Source of the DNA: Macrostomum hystrix
Taxonomy: Eukaryota > Animalia > Platyhelminthes
Assembly (NCBI GenBank): GCA_950097015.1
Contig: CATNEN010000038.1
Span: forward strand, 20,584,001 to 20,648,000
DNA: 64,000 nt
Direction: 5' to 3'
Shown: positions 47,905 through 59,800 of the stretch, in pieces
Numbering within the stretch: the first letter of the stretch is position 1
Layout of the letters: every line of letters begins with the position of its first letter
Position numbers and translations under genes: made by a program
The notes under the pieces: model-generated
The model's database searches: none
The model's input: the letters and a program-made list of their open reading frames with translations, nothing else
Told to the model about the DNA's origin: nothing

Positions 47905-50900
47905 ATGGCTAGTATGAGTCGCAATTCAAACCGCGGCGCCGCATCGAACGATCAATCGGGTGGTGCGAGTGGCGGCCCTAGTGGCGGCGGTGCCGGTGGC
48001 GGCTCTGGCAACAGCACCTATTCCAAGATGCGCATCAAAGCCTTCCCAATGTCCATGGACGAGCGCTATGTAAATCAAATTTGGGATCAACTGAAGCGCG
48101 CTATTCAAGAGATTCAAAAGAAGAACAACAGCGGCCTAAGCTTTGAAGAGCTCTATCGGAACGCCTACACTCTTGTGCTGCACAAGTATGGCGAAAAGCT
48201 TTACACTGGTACGCGAGATGTGGTCGCCGAGCACATGGCCAAGATTAAAGACGATGTGTTAGCCAGCGTAAACAATGTGTTCTTGGCTACGCTTAACTCT
48301 CTCTGGAAGGATCACCAGACAGCCATGGTGATGATTCGCGACATCCTCATGTACATGGATCGGGTCTATGTTAACCAACAGAGCCTGCCATCAGTGTACA
48401 ACATGGGCCTGACCGTGTTCAAAGAGCAGGTCATACGCCACCCTACTGTTTGCGAGCATCTTCGCAACACCCTTCTGGAGATGGTTGCTAGGGAGAGACG
48501 CGGTGAGACCGTTGCTCGCAGCCAGATAAAGGACGCCTGCCATATGCTCTGCCAGTTGGGTGTCGATTCGCTTCAGGTGTGATTTGTTTTTCTCACAGTA
48601 TTGTACGAATTTAAATAAAAAGTTATCACTAGGTTTATTCAGTCATTCTTGTGTGATTGGAAAGCATCTCTCTGATTTATTCTTACCTGATTGAACAGAA
48701 ATCGCTCTAATCCATTCTTCTCTGATTGGACAGGAATCGCTCTAATCCTTTCTTCTCTGATTGGACAGGAATCGCTCTAATCCATTCTTCTCAGATTAAA
48801 CAGAAATCGCTCTCATCCTTTCTTCTCTGCTTGGACAGGAATCGCTCTAATCCTTTTTTCTCTGATTAGACAGGAATCGCTCTAATCCATTCTTCTCCGG
48901 TTGGACAGGAATCGTTTGAATCCATTATTCTCTGATTGGACAGAAATCGCCCCAATCCATTACTCTCTGATTGGACAGAAATCGCCCCAATCCATTACTC
49001 TCTGATTGGACAGAAATCGCTCCAATCCACTATTCTCTAATTGGACAGAAATCGCCCCAATCCATTACTCTCTGATTGGACAGAAATCGCTCCAATCGTT
49101 TCTTCTCTGATTGGACAGAAATCGCTCAAATCCATTATTCTCTGATTGGATAGAAATCGCTCCAATCCATTACTCTCTGATTGGACAGAAATCGCTCCAA
49201 TCCAGTATTCTCTGATTGGACAAAAATCGCTCCAATCCATTATTCTCTGATTGGACAGAAATCGCTCCAATCGTTTCTTCTCTGATTGGACAGAAATCGC
49301 TCAAATCCATTATTCTCTGATTGGACAGAAATCGCTCCAATCCATTACTCTCTGATTGGACAGAAATCGCTCCAATCCATTATTCTCTGATTGGACAAAA
49401 ATCGCTCCAATCCATTATTCTCTGATTGGACAGAAATCGCTCCAATCCATTACTCTCTGATTGGACAGAAATCGCTTAAGTCCATTACTCTCTGATTGGA
49501 CAGAATTCGCTCAAATCCATTATTCTCTGATTGGACAGAAATCGCTCCAATCGTTTCTTCTCTGATTGGACAGGAATCTATTCTTCTCTGATTGAAATCA
49601 ATCTGATAGATTTTTCTAATTGGGTGGGAATTAATCAGATCTATTCTTCTCAAATATGAATGTGAATCCGCCCATATCAGCTCTTCTCTGATTGGATGGG
49701 AATAGCCCAATGTGAGCTTCTCTGATTGGATGGAATCGTCTTAATTTATCCTTGCTTTTTATACCATAAAAGCACATTAATTAGATATTTAGCATCATAC
49801 AATCAAAATCTACTTCAAACAAATCATCAGGTCTATGAGGAGGATTTTGAGCAGGCCTTTCTTAAGCAGTCGCGCGACTTCTATCGCAGCGAAAGCGACG
49901 ACTTTTTAGCCGAAAACTGCTCAGCCAGTCTCTACATTAAGAAGGTCGAGTCGCGCATGGCCGAGGAGATGGAGCGGGCTAGGCACTACTTAGATCGCAG
50001 CACGGAACCTAAGATCATCGCCGTGCTAGAGGAGGAGCTAATCAGCCGTCACATGCGCACCATTGTCGAAATGGAATCATCCGGCCTGGTGTCGATGCTG
50101 CGCGCCGACAAACACGAAGACATCCACTGTATGTACCGTCTGCTGCAGCGCGTACCAGACGGAGTCAAAATCATGACCGACTGTATCAGCGGCTACCTTC
50201 GGGAACAGGGCAAAGCTATTGTGGCCGAGGATAATAGGGAGCCATCAGCTTATGTTCAGGTAGTTTTCCAACTTGGTTATCTTTAACTAATCTGACTACA
50301 TCCCAGTCTCTCATTAGGGTCATCGCTAACTTGCAACCAATGACTCACAAGATTGTGGGTCGTTGCTACCCAATTTAATCCATTTTTGGGTCATCGCTAC
50401 CCAATTTAATCCATTTTGTGGGTCATCTCTACCCAATCCCATTCTTATTGTGGGTCATTGCTTTTATTCTCAGATGAGTCATCGCCACTCTCTCATTGAC
50501 TCCGCAGGCCCTATTAGATCTGCGCGACCGTTGCGACTGCCTACTAATCCAGGCACTGAATCGCGATCGCCTATTTAAGCAGCAGATTAGCAGCGACTTT
50601 GAATGCTTTGTTAATTTAAACCCTCGCTCGCCCGAGTATCTGTCGCTATTTATCGACGAAAAGCTTCGACGAGGTTCGCGCGGCGCCGCCGCGGTCATAG
50701 ACAATGAGATTGAACCCCTGCTAGACAAATGCATGGTTCTGTTTCGCTACCTGCAAGAGAAGGACGTCTTTGAAAAGTACTATAAGCAGCATTTGGCTAA
50801 GCGGCTCATACTGAATAAATCGTCATCGGACGATACAGAGAAATCGATGATCTCCAAGCTCAAAGCCGAATGCGGCTGCCAATTCACTAGCAAACTGGAG

Positions 50901-53900
50901 GGCATGCTGAAAGATATGACTGTGAGCAATATGCTCAACGATGAGTTTGTCACCTCATTGATGGGCAGCGGCGGATCCGGACAGCGCAATATTGATTTCA
51001 GCCTGCGCGTGCTCACTACTGGCTTCTGGCCAACTCAGACAACCCAGAATAAGGTAGGTCTGAATCTTGAATTGAAAAAATTGTTAGATAAGCTAGCTAG
51101 ACGATATTTGGTAGCCAGAATATGTGTAACAAATTAGGAATTGTGGAATTTAAGATCCATGAAAGTTCTCGTCTAAAGCGTTGGATTCACTACTTGATGG
51201 TCGGGTCGGGGGTTCGAATCCCGACTTCACTTGAACAATTTTTGCCTCTTTACAAGACAATTATTTCTGCATTGCTTTATTTCACCCAGCTGTTGTTAGA
51301 TACCAGGTACCAGAATTAGCTGAGATATTTTAGAAGGTGGGTGTGGCGTCCCCACCAGTCCATTGACTGAACAGCCGTACGCAGCCTTCAGTTATTGAGG
51401 GTCATCCTTCATCCTTCCTTCATCTGTCATGGCCAGATGTACAGCGAGTTAGTAAACATGCAAATCAGTTGGCTCATTAGATGACGAAGTATTTTATTCA
51501 GTATTGAAAGTATAGTTACTCAGGCCGTTTACCCGAGTGCTACCTAAAAGTCATGCAGGTTTCGAACTCTAGACCTCTCATTGATGAATCCGAGGCTAAG
51601 CCTCTTATACACAAAAAATAATTTTTAAAAGATACTTTGAGGGGTTTAAAAAATAACAAAAGCCAAGGATGGTATTTGGAAATCAATGCGCAAATCTCCT
51701 AATATGGAATGTTCTAGATACTACCTCGCTTTCCTAATATGGCAGATACACGGTGCTGGCTGAATCTAAAAATAGAAATACCTAGCTGTATTCTCAAGCT
51801 CATTGTGTGGCTTACTTTTCTAATAAATATTCTTATCAACTGCACCGAACTTTTTCAGCTATCGAGACATTTTCTTAAACTGACAAGTTGTTTCTAGGAA
51901 TTCGTTTTTCTGCAGGAAACAGTATCATAGGTTGGATTCTATGGCCCTAATGCAGATATCTAATGTCTGTGTGTAGATATCTATGGTATGTGTGTAGATA
52001 TCTAGGATCTGTGTGAAGATATCAAGAGTCTGTGAGGATGTCTAGGGTCTGTGTGTAGATATCTAGGGTCTGTGTGAAGATGTCTAGGGCCTGTGTATAG
52101 ATATCTAGGGTCTGTGTGAAGATATCAAGAGTCTGTGTATAGATATCTAGGGTCTGTGTGAAGATATCAAGAGTCTGTGAGGATGTCTAGGGTCTGTGTG
52201 TAGATGTCTAGGGCCTGTGTATAGATATCTAGGGTCTGTGTGAAGATATCAAGAGTCTGTGAGGATGTCTAGGGTCTGTGTGTAGATATCTAGGGTCTGT
52301 GTGAAGATGTCTAGGGTCTGTGTGAAGATGTCTAGGGCCTGTGTATAGATATCTAGGGTCTGTGTGAAGATATCAAGAGTCTGTGAGGATGTCTAGGGTT
52401 TGTGTGTAGATATCTAGGGTCTGTGTATAGATATCTAGGGTCTGTGTGAAGATGTCTAGGGTCTGTGTGAAGATGTCTAGGGTCTGTGTGAAGATGTCTA
52501 GGGTCTGTGTGTAGATATCTAGGGTCTGTGTGTAGATATCTAGGGTCTGTGTGTAGATATCTAGGGTCTATGTGTAGATATCTAGGTTCTGTGTGTAGAT
52601 ATCTGCGGTCTGTGTGTAGATATCTAGGGTCTGTGTGAAGATGTCTAGGGTCTGTGTATAGATATCTAGGGTCTGTGTGTAGATATCTAGGGTCTGTGGG
52701 AAGATGTCTAGGGTCTGTGTATAGATATCTACGGTCTGTGTGTAGATATCTACGGTCTGTGTGTAGATATCTACGGTCTGTGTGTAGATATCTACGGTCT
52801 GTGTGTAGATATCTACGGTCTGTGTGTAGATATCTAGGATCTGTGTGTAGATATCTAGGGTCTGTGTGTAGATATCTAGGGTCTGTGTGTAGATATCTAG
52901 GGTCTGTGTGTAGATATCTAGGGTCTATGTGTAGATATCTAGGGTCTGTGTGTAGATATCTACGGTCTGTGTGTAGATATCTAGGGTCTGTGTGAAGATG
53001 TCTAGGGTCTGTGTATAGATATCTAGGGTCTGTGTGTAGATATCTAGGGTCTATGTGTAGATATCTAGGGTCTGTGTGAAGATGTCTAGGGTCTGTGTGT
53101 AGATATCTAGGGTCTGTGTGTAGATATCTAGGGTCTGTGTGTAGATATCTAGGGTCTGTGTGTAGATATCTAGGGTCTATGTGTAGATATCTACGGTCTG
53201 TGTGTAGATATCTAGGGTCTGTGTATAGATATATTTCAGCCTAAGTGCTTGCACTTCTTTATACTAGTAGAAATTTAAAAAAATGCAACAAATGCACATT
53301 TCCTTTTTTTCTAGCTTTTGTGCCTAGACTAAACAATAACAATTGCTTCATATAAGTATTAAAAAATGATTATTCTCAGGTGGCCCTACCAGACGAGGCC
53401 CGTATAGCCTACGAGCAATTCCATGGCTTCTACATGAGAAAGCACAGCGGCCGACAGCTGACACTGCAGCCTAATATGGGCTCCGCCGATCTATCGGCCA
53501 CATTCGGCGGCGGTCCGCCTGTTGGCCGTCCGGGCGACGCCTCCGCTGAGGATCCTACTTCGTCTAGCAATGCAGCCGCTGCGACCGTTGCAGCCCCAGC
53601 CACTGGTGCTAGACGTCGCTACATCCTGAGCGTCACTACATACCAGATGGTGGTGCTGATGCAATTCAACAGACGCCAGAAGGTCACGTTTGAACAGCTT
53701 CAGGCTGAAACAAACATTCCTGAGAAGGATCTTCAGAGAGCTTTGGGCGCTCTGTGCTTGCAGAAGACGGCAACGCAGCGTTTTCTGAATAAAGAGCCGC
53801 GCACCAAAGAGATTGCCGCCTCTGATGAGTTTACTGTCAATGACAGCTTCTATTCGCGCCACGTCAAGATTAAGGTGAGCAATTATCTAATTACGGGTTG

Positions 53901-54519
53901 GGGTAAAGTCCAGGCGTTCAAGTTAAATGCTTGTTTAATATTGGTATTTGAGTGCGACCGTACTTTGCGACGATCACGTGACATTCGCTCATGCAACCAT
54001 AGAGTTCTCGCGTCACGTGACCTTTACACGGGCGACCATAGAGTACTAGCATCATGTGACATTCATTCATGCCACCATAGAGTACAATTATCACATGACC
54101 TTTACACAACCATCACGTAGCAGTCTTATGGGTGACCATAGAGTACTAGCGTGACATGACAGTCTCACGGGTGTAGATATAGTAAAGTGTTGCCATTGGT
54201 TAGTAAACGGTGCGATTAACTCTCAATCTAATAGGTGGCGCCAAGCGGCGGCGTCAAAGAGACCGAGCCGGAGCGTCGGGAGACGCGAACCAAAGTCGAC
54301 GAGGATCGCAAATACGAGATTGAGGCTGCTATTGTGCGCATTATGAAGGCTAGGCAGACCCTATCTCACAACTACCTGATCACTCAGGTCATCGAACAGC
54401 TTAAGTCGCGCTTCACACCGACGCCTCAGGCTATTAAGAGTCGCATAGAACACCTGATGGATCGCGATTACATCAAACGGTCGGACCAGGATCGGCACTA
54501 TTATCAATACGTAGCCTAA
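47905..54519 (+). CDS. CUL3: Cullin-3, about 808 aa, 5 exons
   Basis: Exons 47905-48576, 49831-50259, 50508-51053, 53380-53874, 54235-54519. Motifs: [67 protein letters not shown], and the neddylation site [12 protein letters not shown]. Confidence 0.97.
48680..49735. repeat. 35-bp minisatellite filling CUL3 intron 1
   Basis: Unit ctctgattggacagaaatcgctccaatccattatt. Confidence 0.95.
51170..51395 (+). mobile_element. CORE-like SINE family B copy
   Basis: B-box ggttcgaatcc, core ctgcattgctt..ttcacccagctgtt, tail ccagtccattgactgaacagccg. Confidence 0.8.
51950..53232. repeat. 21-bp minisatellite in CUL3 intron 3
   Basis: Unit tagatatctagggtctgtgtg. Confidence 0.95.
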
Positions 54520-55249
54520 GAGTCGGTTGCGCTGGGTGCTTGACTGCTATTCACCATCAAATCACTGCCCCCTGTATCCCAAATTCTCCTTATTAAAGTG
54601 TGTGATGATAATGATTTCACCAATATATACTTATCTGCTCTGGTATTCTCTGGTATGTTCCAACAGTGTTTCATTCAAGAATCGACTAATTTTCAGACAA
54701 GCGAAGAAAAGTGTAGCTGACAGAATAACTAACTATTGATTTGTGTTTTTTTATTAACATCTGTCTGTCTATTCATGTACATGTGGGTGACTGGTATTTC
54801 ACGAGAAAAATCAATCAGTATAATTCAGTCAATCAGCTTTATCCTAACTTGGTAGATAAAAGTGTTTTTTCTCTTTCTTTTTCTTAAATGTTTCACAATT
54901 AATTTGCTGGATGGCAATGGAAGATGGCAAAAGCAATTTAGTAAATCTTTTTCGTTTTAAAAACCAGACTAAATTAAAACAAGAGTGTGTGATGAAAAAA
55001 TGCAGTGTTCACACCGCTGGCTGTACATTTTTGTTCTCTTTTGAAGAATCGATCATTTTGTAACTAACGTGTGCAAATAAGCAACTAAACTATTGAGTGA
55101 GTTTGGGACACAAAAGTTTACTTTTGTGTTTTTACCACTGTCCCATGTGTGAGTCGCTGCTGTTTAATATAAATTTCGACGCAAAATAAACCTTGATAAT
55201 CACCATATCCCTGTGTTATTTTACTTTCATGTTGTTTACATTCTTTGAG

Positions 55250-55892
55250 TCTCTGTCTCTTATCTATATTCCTCTCGCTGTCTCCCTTACCCCTCTGTCT
55301 CTTATCTATATTCCTCTCGCTGTCTCCCTTACCCCTCTGTCTCTTATCTATATTCCTCTCGCTGTCTCCCTTACCCCTCTGTCTCTTATCTATATTCCTC
55401 TCGCTGTCTCCCTTACCCCTCTGTCTCTTATCTATATTCCTCTCGATGTCTCCCGTGCCCCTCTGTCTCTTATCTATATTCCTCTCGCTGTCTCCCTTAC
55501 CCCTCTGTCTCTTATCTATATTCCTCTCGCTGTCTCCCTTACCCCTCTGTCTCTTATCTATATTCCTCTCGCTGTCTCCCTTACCCCTCTGTCTCTTATC
55601 TATATTCCTCTCGCTGTCTCCCTTACCCCTCTGTCTCTTATCTATATTCCTCTCGATGTCTCCCGTGCCCCTCTGTCTCTTATCTATATTCCTCTCGCTG
55701 TCTCCCTTACCCCTCTGTCTCTTATCTATATTCCTCTCGATGTCTCCCTTACCCCTCTGTCTCTTATCTATATCCCTCTCGCTGTCTCCCTTACCCCTCT
55801 GTCTCTTATCTATATCCCTCTCGCTGTCTCCCTTACCCCTCTGTCTCTTATCTATATTCCTCTCGCTGTCTCCATTACCCCTCTGTCTCTTA
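55250..55892. repeat. 42-bp minisatellite between CUL3 and TBC1D5
   Basis: Unit ctctgtctcttatctatattcctctcgctgtctcccttaccc. Confidence 0.95.
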
Positions 55893-56840
55893 AAAGGCTT
55901 GTTGAGCAGTAGAAAAAGTTATTTACCAGAGATACTAGTTTAATCTCGGCAACCAGACGATTTGTGTCATCTAATTGCCTATTTATTTGTTTATTTGCAC
56001 CGTTAAAAATTTTCTGAGCATAGTCAACTCTGGCTTTATAACGCATATTCAATGAACCTTCGGCCGGTTTTTTGTTGTTTGATAAATATTTTTTATTAAT
56101 ATAACTTACGTTATGTAATTATGTTTGCTTTTGCTTATTAAAAATATTTTCTGTTGATAAAAAATTTCCGAATTTTCTGTTGCATAACAGCCTCCCTCCC
56201 CTCGTCTATATTGCGTTGCTAAGCAACCGATATGTTGTTATAGCTGTGTTTTTTGCTTCTTTGTGTTGATCTTTTATTTCTCCCTCCAAGAAGTGAAATA
56301 TGACAGACTCAACTTTGTCTGAATAACTTATCAACTTAGACTTACAGCGCGACTGGACAACAAGATGCTAAATACTGTTAGTAAAAAAACCTTATGAACG
56401 AACCTAAAATATATGGAATATAATCATCATTTTGCGTCTATAAACGTTTACCAGTTTTGGTATTTCATTTTTGTTTTTGATATATATATAATGACTAGTG
56501 TCCTCATTTATATTAAACTTTTATAAAAGTAGGTCAGCTTTTCGGTATTTTTTGGCATAGCCACAGCCGCGGGTGTCCATTAAACAGCTGGGGAATTGAA
56601 GCAATGCGGAGTGAAGTGTCTAGCTATAAAGGGCGCAAATTGACAACAACCGACCTAGTAGTGTGTTCGTTGATATGTTAATATGTGTGATTTTCGTCTT
56701 ACAACTTTCCAGAAATCCTTGCTAAAATGCCGCAATTAGCCGATAAAAATTGACCAGACTAACTAGACCAATTCTGTATTAGACAACATTTTCCAAGTCA
56801 TCAGAGAGATTCGATCAGTGTAATAGTACATTCGCGGAGC

Positions 56841-59800
56841 ATGTCAAGCACTGGCGCTGCTGCAAGCGCACCTAGACGCGGTCGCGACCGAGCTTTTACC
56901 ATAGAAATCATGTCTACCCTTAGCCGGATTGGCCGATCTTTGAATTCTGGCAGCGCTAGAGCGGAGACTCAGCAGCAGCAGCAGCAGCAGCAGCAGATAG
57001 TTCAAGGCGATCCCGATGTTCCAGCTAGCGATGGCAGCTGCACCGATTCTCAAAGCTTTGTCTCTGAGAGCAGTGTTGAAGGCTCGCACACTAATCTGCT
57101 TCAATTAGCGACTAAACCCATAACGACTGCGGCTTCTAATGGCAGCAACGGAGTGGCGGCTGGCGGCGGTGTTTTACTGCGCAGAAAGAGTTCAATTCGC
57201 AAAGAATGGAAACGTTCGCCCAGTATATCCAATTCCTACGCTGACGAATGGGAACGAATGTTTTTATCGCACGGCGAAGGCGACCTGCTGCTCTACCTGA
57301 AGGAGCTCTGCTGCGGCGGCGAATTGCGCAATTGCCGATTCCGCAGCGTTGTCTGGCGACTGGCCCTCAGGGTGCTGTCCTCGGATGCTAGCCGCTGGAG
57401 GGAGGAGACACAGGTGCGCTCGGATCCTATTGGCTAAGGCTTAGATTGGCTAATCCTATTATTTAGAATGACTTTCTAATCAAATTACAATGGTTGGGGG
57501 TCGGTGGCAGAGCGGTTAACGCGTTTGCCTCTCGCACCAAGGTCCCTGAGCTCGATTCCACGGCGAGGCCACATCGTACACTGCCTGACGATGAGAAAGT
57601 CAGGGCAGATGTAACACACCTGTGTGAGCGTATGCCTGCGTACAGTATCTGTGTGCGTGTGTGCTCAGGAGTCAGCGAAATAGTCAGAATTGCCTCCTCG
57701 CTGGCTGCGGGTCTAGTGTCACCAAATGATGTGTCATTGCCCGTAGCCCTCCTGCAGTAAATATTATTAATATTATTATTAGTATTATTTTTATTATTAT
57801 TATTATTATTAATTACAATGGTTTCCTAATCCTAATCCCCTGAAAAATCCGCAGGCGTGGCGGTCGCGCTATTCGCAGCTGAAGCAGCAGCACTGTATAG
57901 ACATCAGTAAGCTGAGCCAGTCGCCAGATCGCAGCCAATCAGCAGACTTGCGCGTACACAATCCATTGTCATTGGACAGCCGCAGTCCTTGGTATAGATT
58001 CTTTCGCAGCGAAGAGACTCGTCATATCATCTATCAGGATGTGCGGCGTACTTTCCCAGAGATTCAATACTTTCACGCGCCAGACGTGCAGGAGAAGATG
58101 ATCTCAACTTTGTTTTGCTTTGCTCACACCTCCCCGCTGCTCTATAGGCAGGGTATGCACGAGGTGCTAGCCCCGCTGCTGTTTGTACTGCACTCGGACC
58201 AGTTGGCTTTTCAGCACGCCTGCGAGATGTACTCGGTGCCTCCGCCTGTGATGGACCTGGTTGGCCAGCTGCTCGATCCGGCCTACATTGAGCACGACGC
58301 CTTTGCCATGTTCTCCCAGGTGTGCTCACGTTTTTTAAAGTAATGTCATTTTTCTACTGTGGGTTTTCGGGCCATAAAGTCTGCAGTGTTTCCATGAGTA
58401 GGATTGTGGAATAGTAGAGTTTTAAATTGTGGGGTTGTAGGGTTGTGGAATAGTAGAGTTTTAAATTGTGGGGTTGTAGGGTTGTGGAATAGTAGAGTTT
58501 TAAATTGTGGGGTTGTAGGGTTGTGGAATAGTAGAGTTTTAAATTGTGGGGTTGTAGGATTGTGGAATAGTAGAGTTTTAAATTGTGGGGTTGTAGGGTT
58601 GTGGAATAGTAGAGTTTTAAATTGTGGGGTTGTAGGGTTGTGGAATAGTAGAGTTTTAAATTGTGGGGTTGTAGGGTTGTGGAATAGTAGAGTTTTAAAT
58701 TGTGGGGTTGTAGGGTTGTGGAATAGTAGAGTTTTAAATTGTGGGGTTGTAGGATTGTGGAATAGTAGAGTTTTAAATTGTGGGGTTGTAGGATTGTGGA
58801 ATAGTAGAGTTTTAAATTGTGGGGTTGTAGGGTTGTGGAATAGTAGAGTTTTAAATTGTGGGGTTGTAGGGTTGTGGAATAGTAGAGTTTTAAATTGTGG
58901 GGTTGTAAGGTTGTGGAATAGTAGAGTTTTAAATTGTGGGGTTGTAGGGTTGTAGGATTGTAGATTGGTAGGGTTATGGAGTTTGTAGATTAGTAGAGTT
59001 GTGGGATTGTAGATTAGTAGGGTTGAGGGATTGTCGGGTTTTAGAGTTGTAGGATTGTAGGGTTGAGGGATTGTCGGGTTGTAGGGTTGTGGGATTGTGT
59101 GATTGTAGATTTGTAGGGTTAAGGGATTGTCGGGTTGAGTGATTGTCGGGTTGTAGGGTTGAGGGATTGTCGGGTTGTAGGGTTAGGGATTGTCGGGTTG
59201 TTTAGTTGTAGATTTATTGGATTGTGAAATTGTTAATTTGTGGGGTTGTGGAATTGTTAATTCGTAATGTTGAGGGATTGTCGGGTTGTAGGGTTGTGGG
59301 ATTGTCCGGTTGTTGAGTTGTAGATTTATTGGGTTGTGAAATTGTTAATTTGTGGGGTTGTGGAATTGTTTATTCGTAATTTTGAGGGATTGTGGTATTG
59401 TAGGGTTGTGAGTGCTGTGGGGTGGTGAGACTATTGTTTTTGGAATGTAGGGATTAAAAAAATTTTCAGGTTTGGGTTGTGTAAGGGTTTTTTATTTCTG
59501 CGGTTGTAGGGTTTTGTATCGGATGATTGTCAACCTCTAATTTGTGAGTATTAGGTAATTTGTAGTTAGAGCGTCGGACTCACGACTTAAAGGTCGGTTC
59601 GATTCCTGACTCCACTGAAACAATCTGTGTCCTTTAGCAAGAAACTTAACTCTGCATTGCTTCAGTTCACCCAGCTGTTAAATGGGTGCCAGCATTAGCT
59701 GGGATAATTGAAGGTTGGCGTGGCGTCCCCCCAGTCCATGGACTGAACAGCCGCACGCAGCCTTCAAGTTGCTGCAATAGCTGCGGCTGTGCAGTCGGCT

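Noticed and set aside
57578-57615. Hammerhead ribozyme in SINE-A (CTGACGA...GAAA.GTC)
   Set aside because: There is no room for stems II and III, and the base after GTC does not close stem I. A simple cctgac/gtcagg hairpin explains the sequence.
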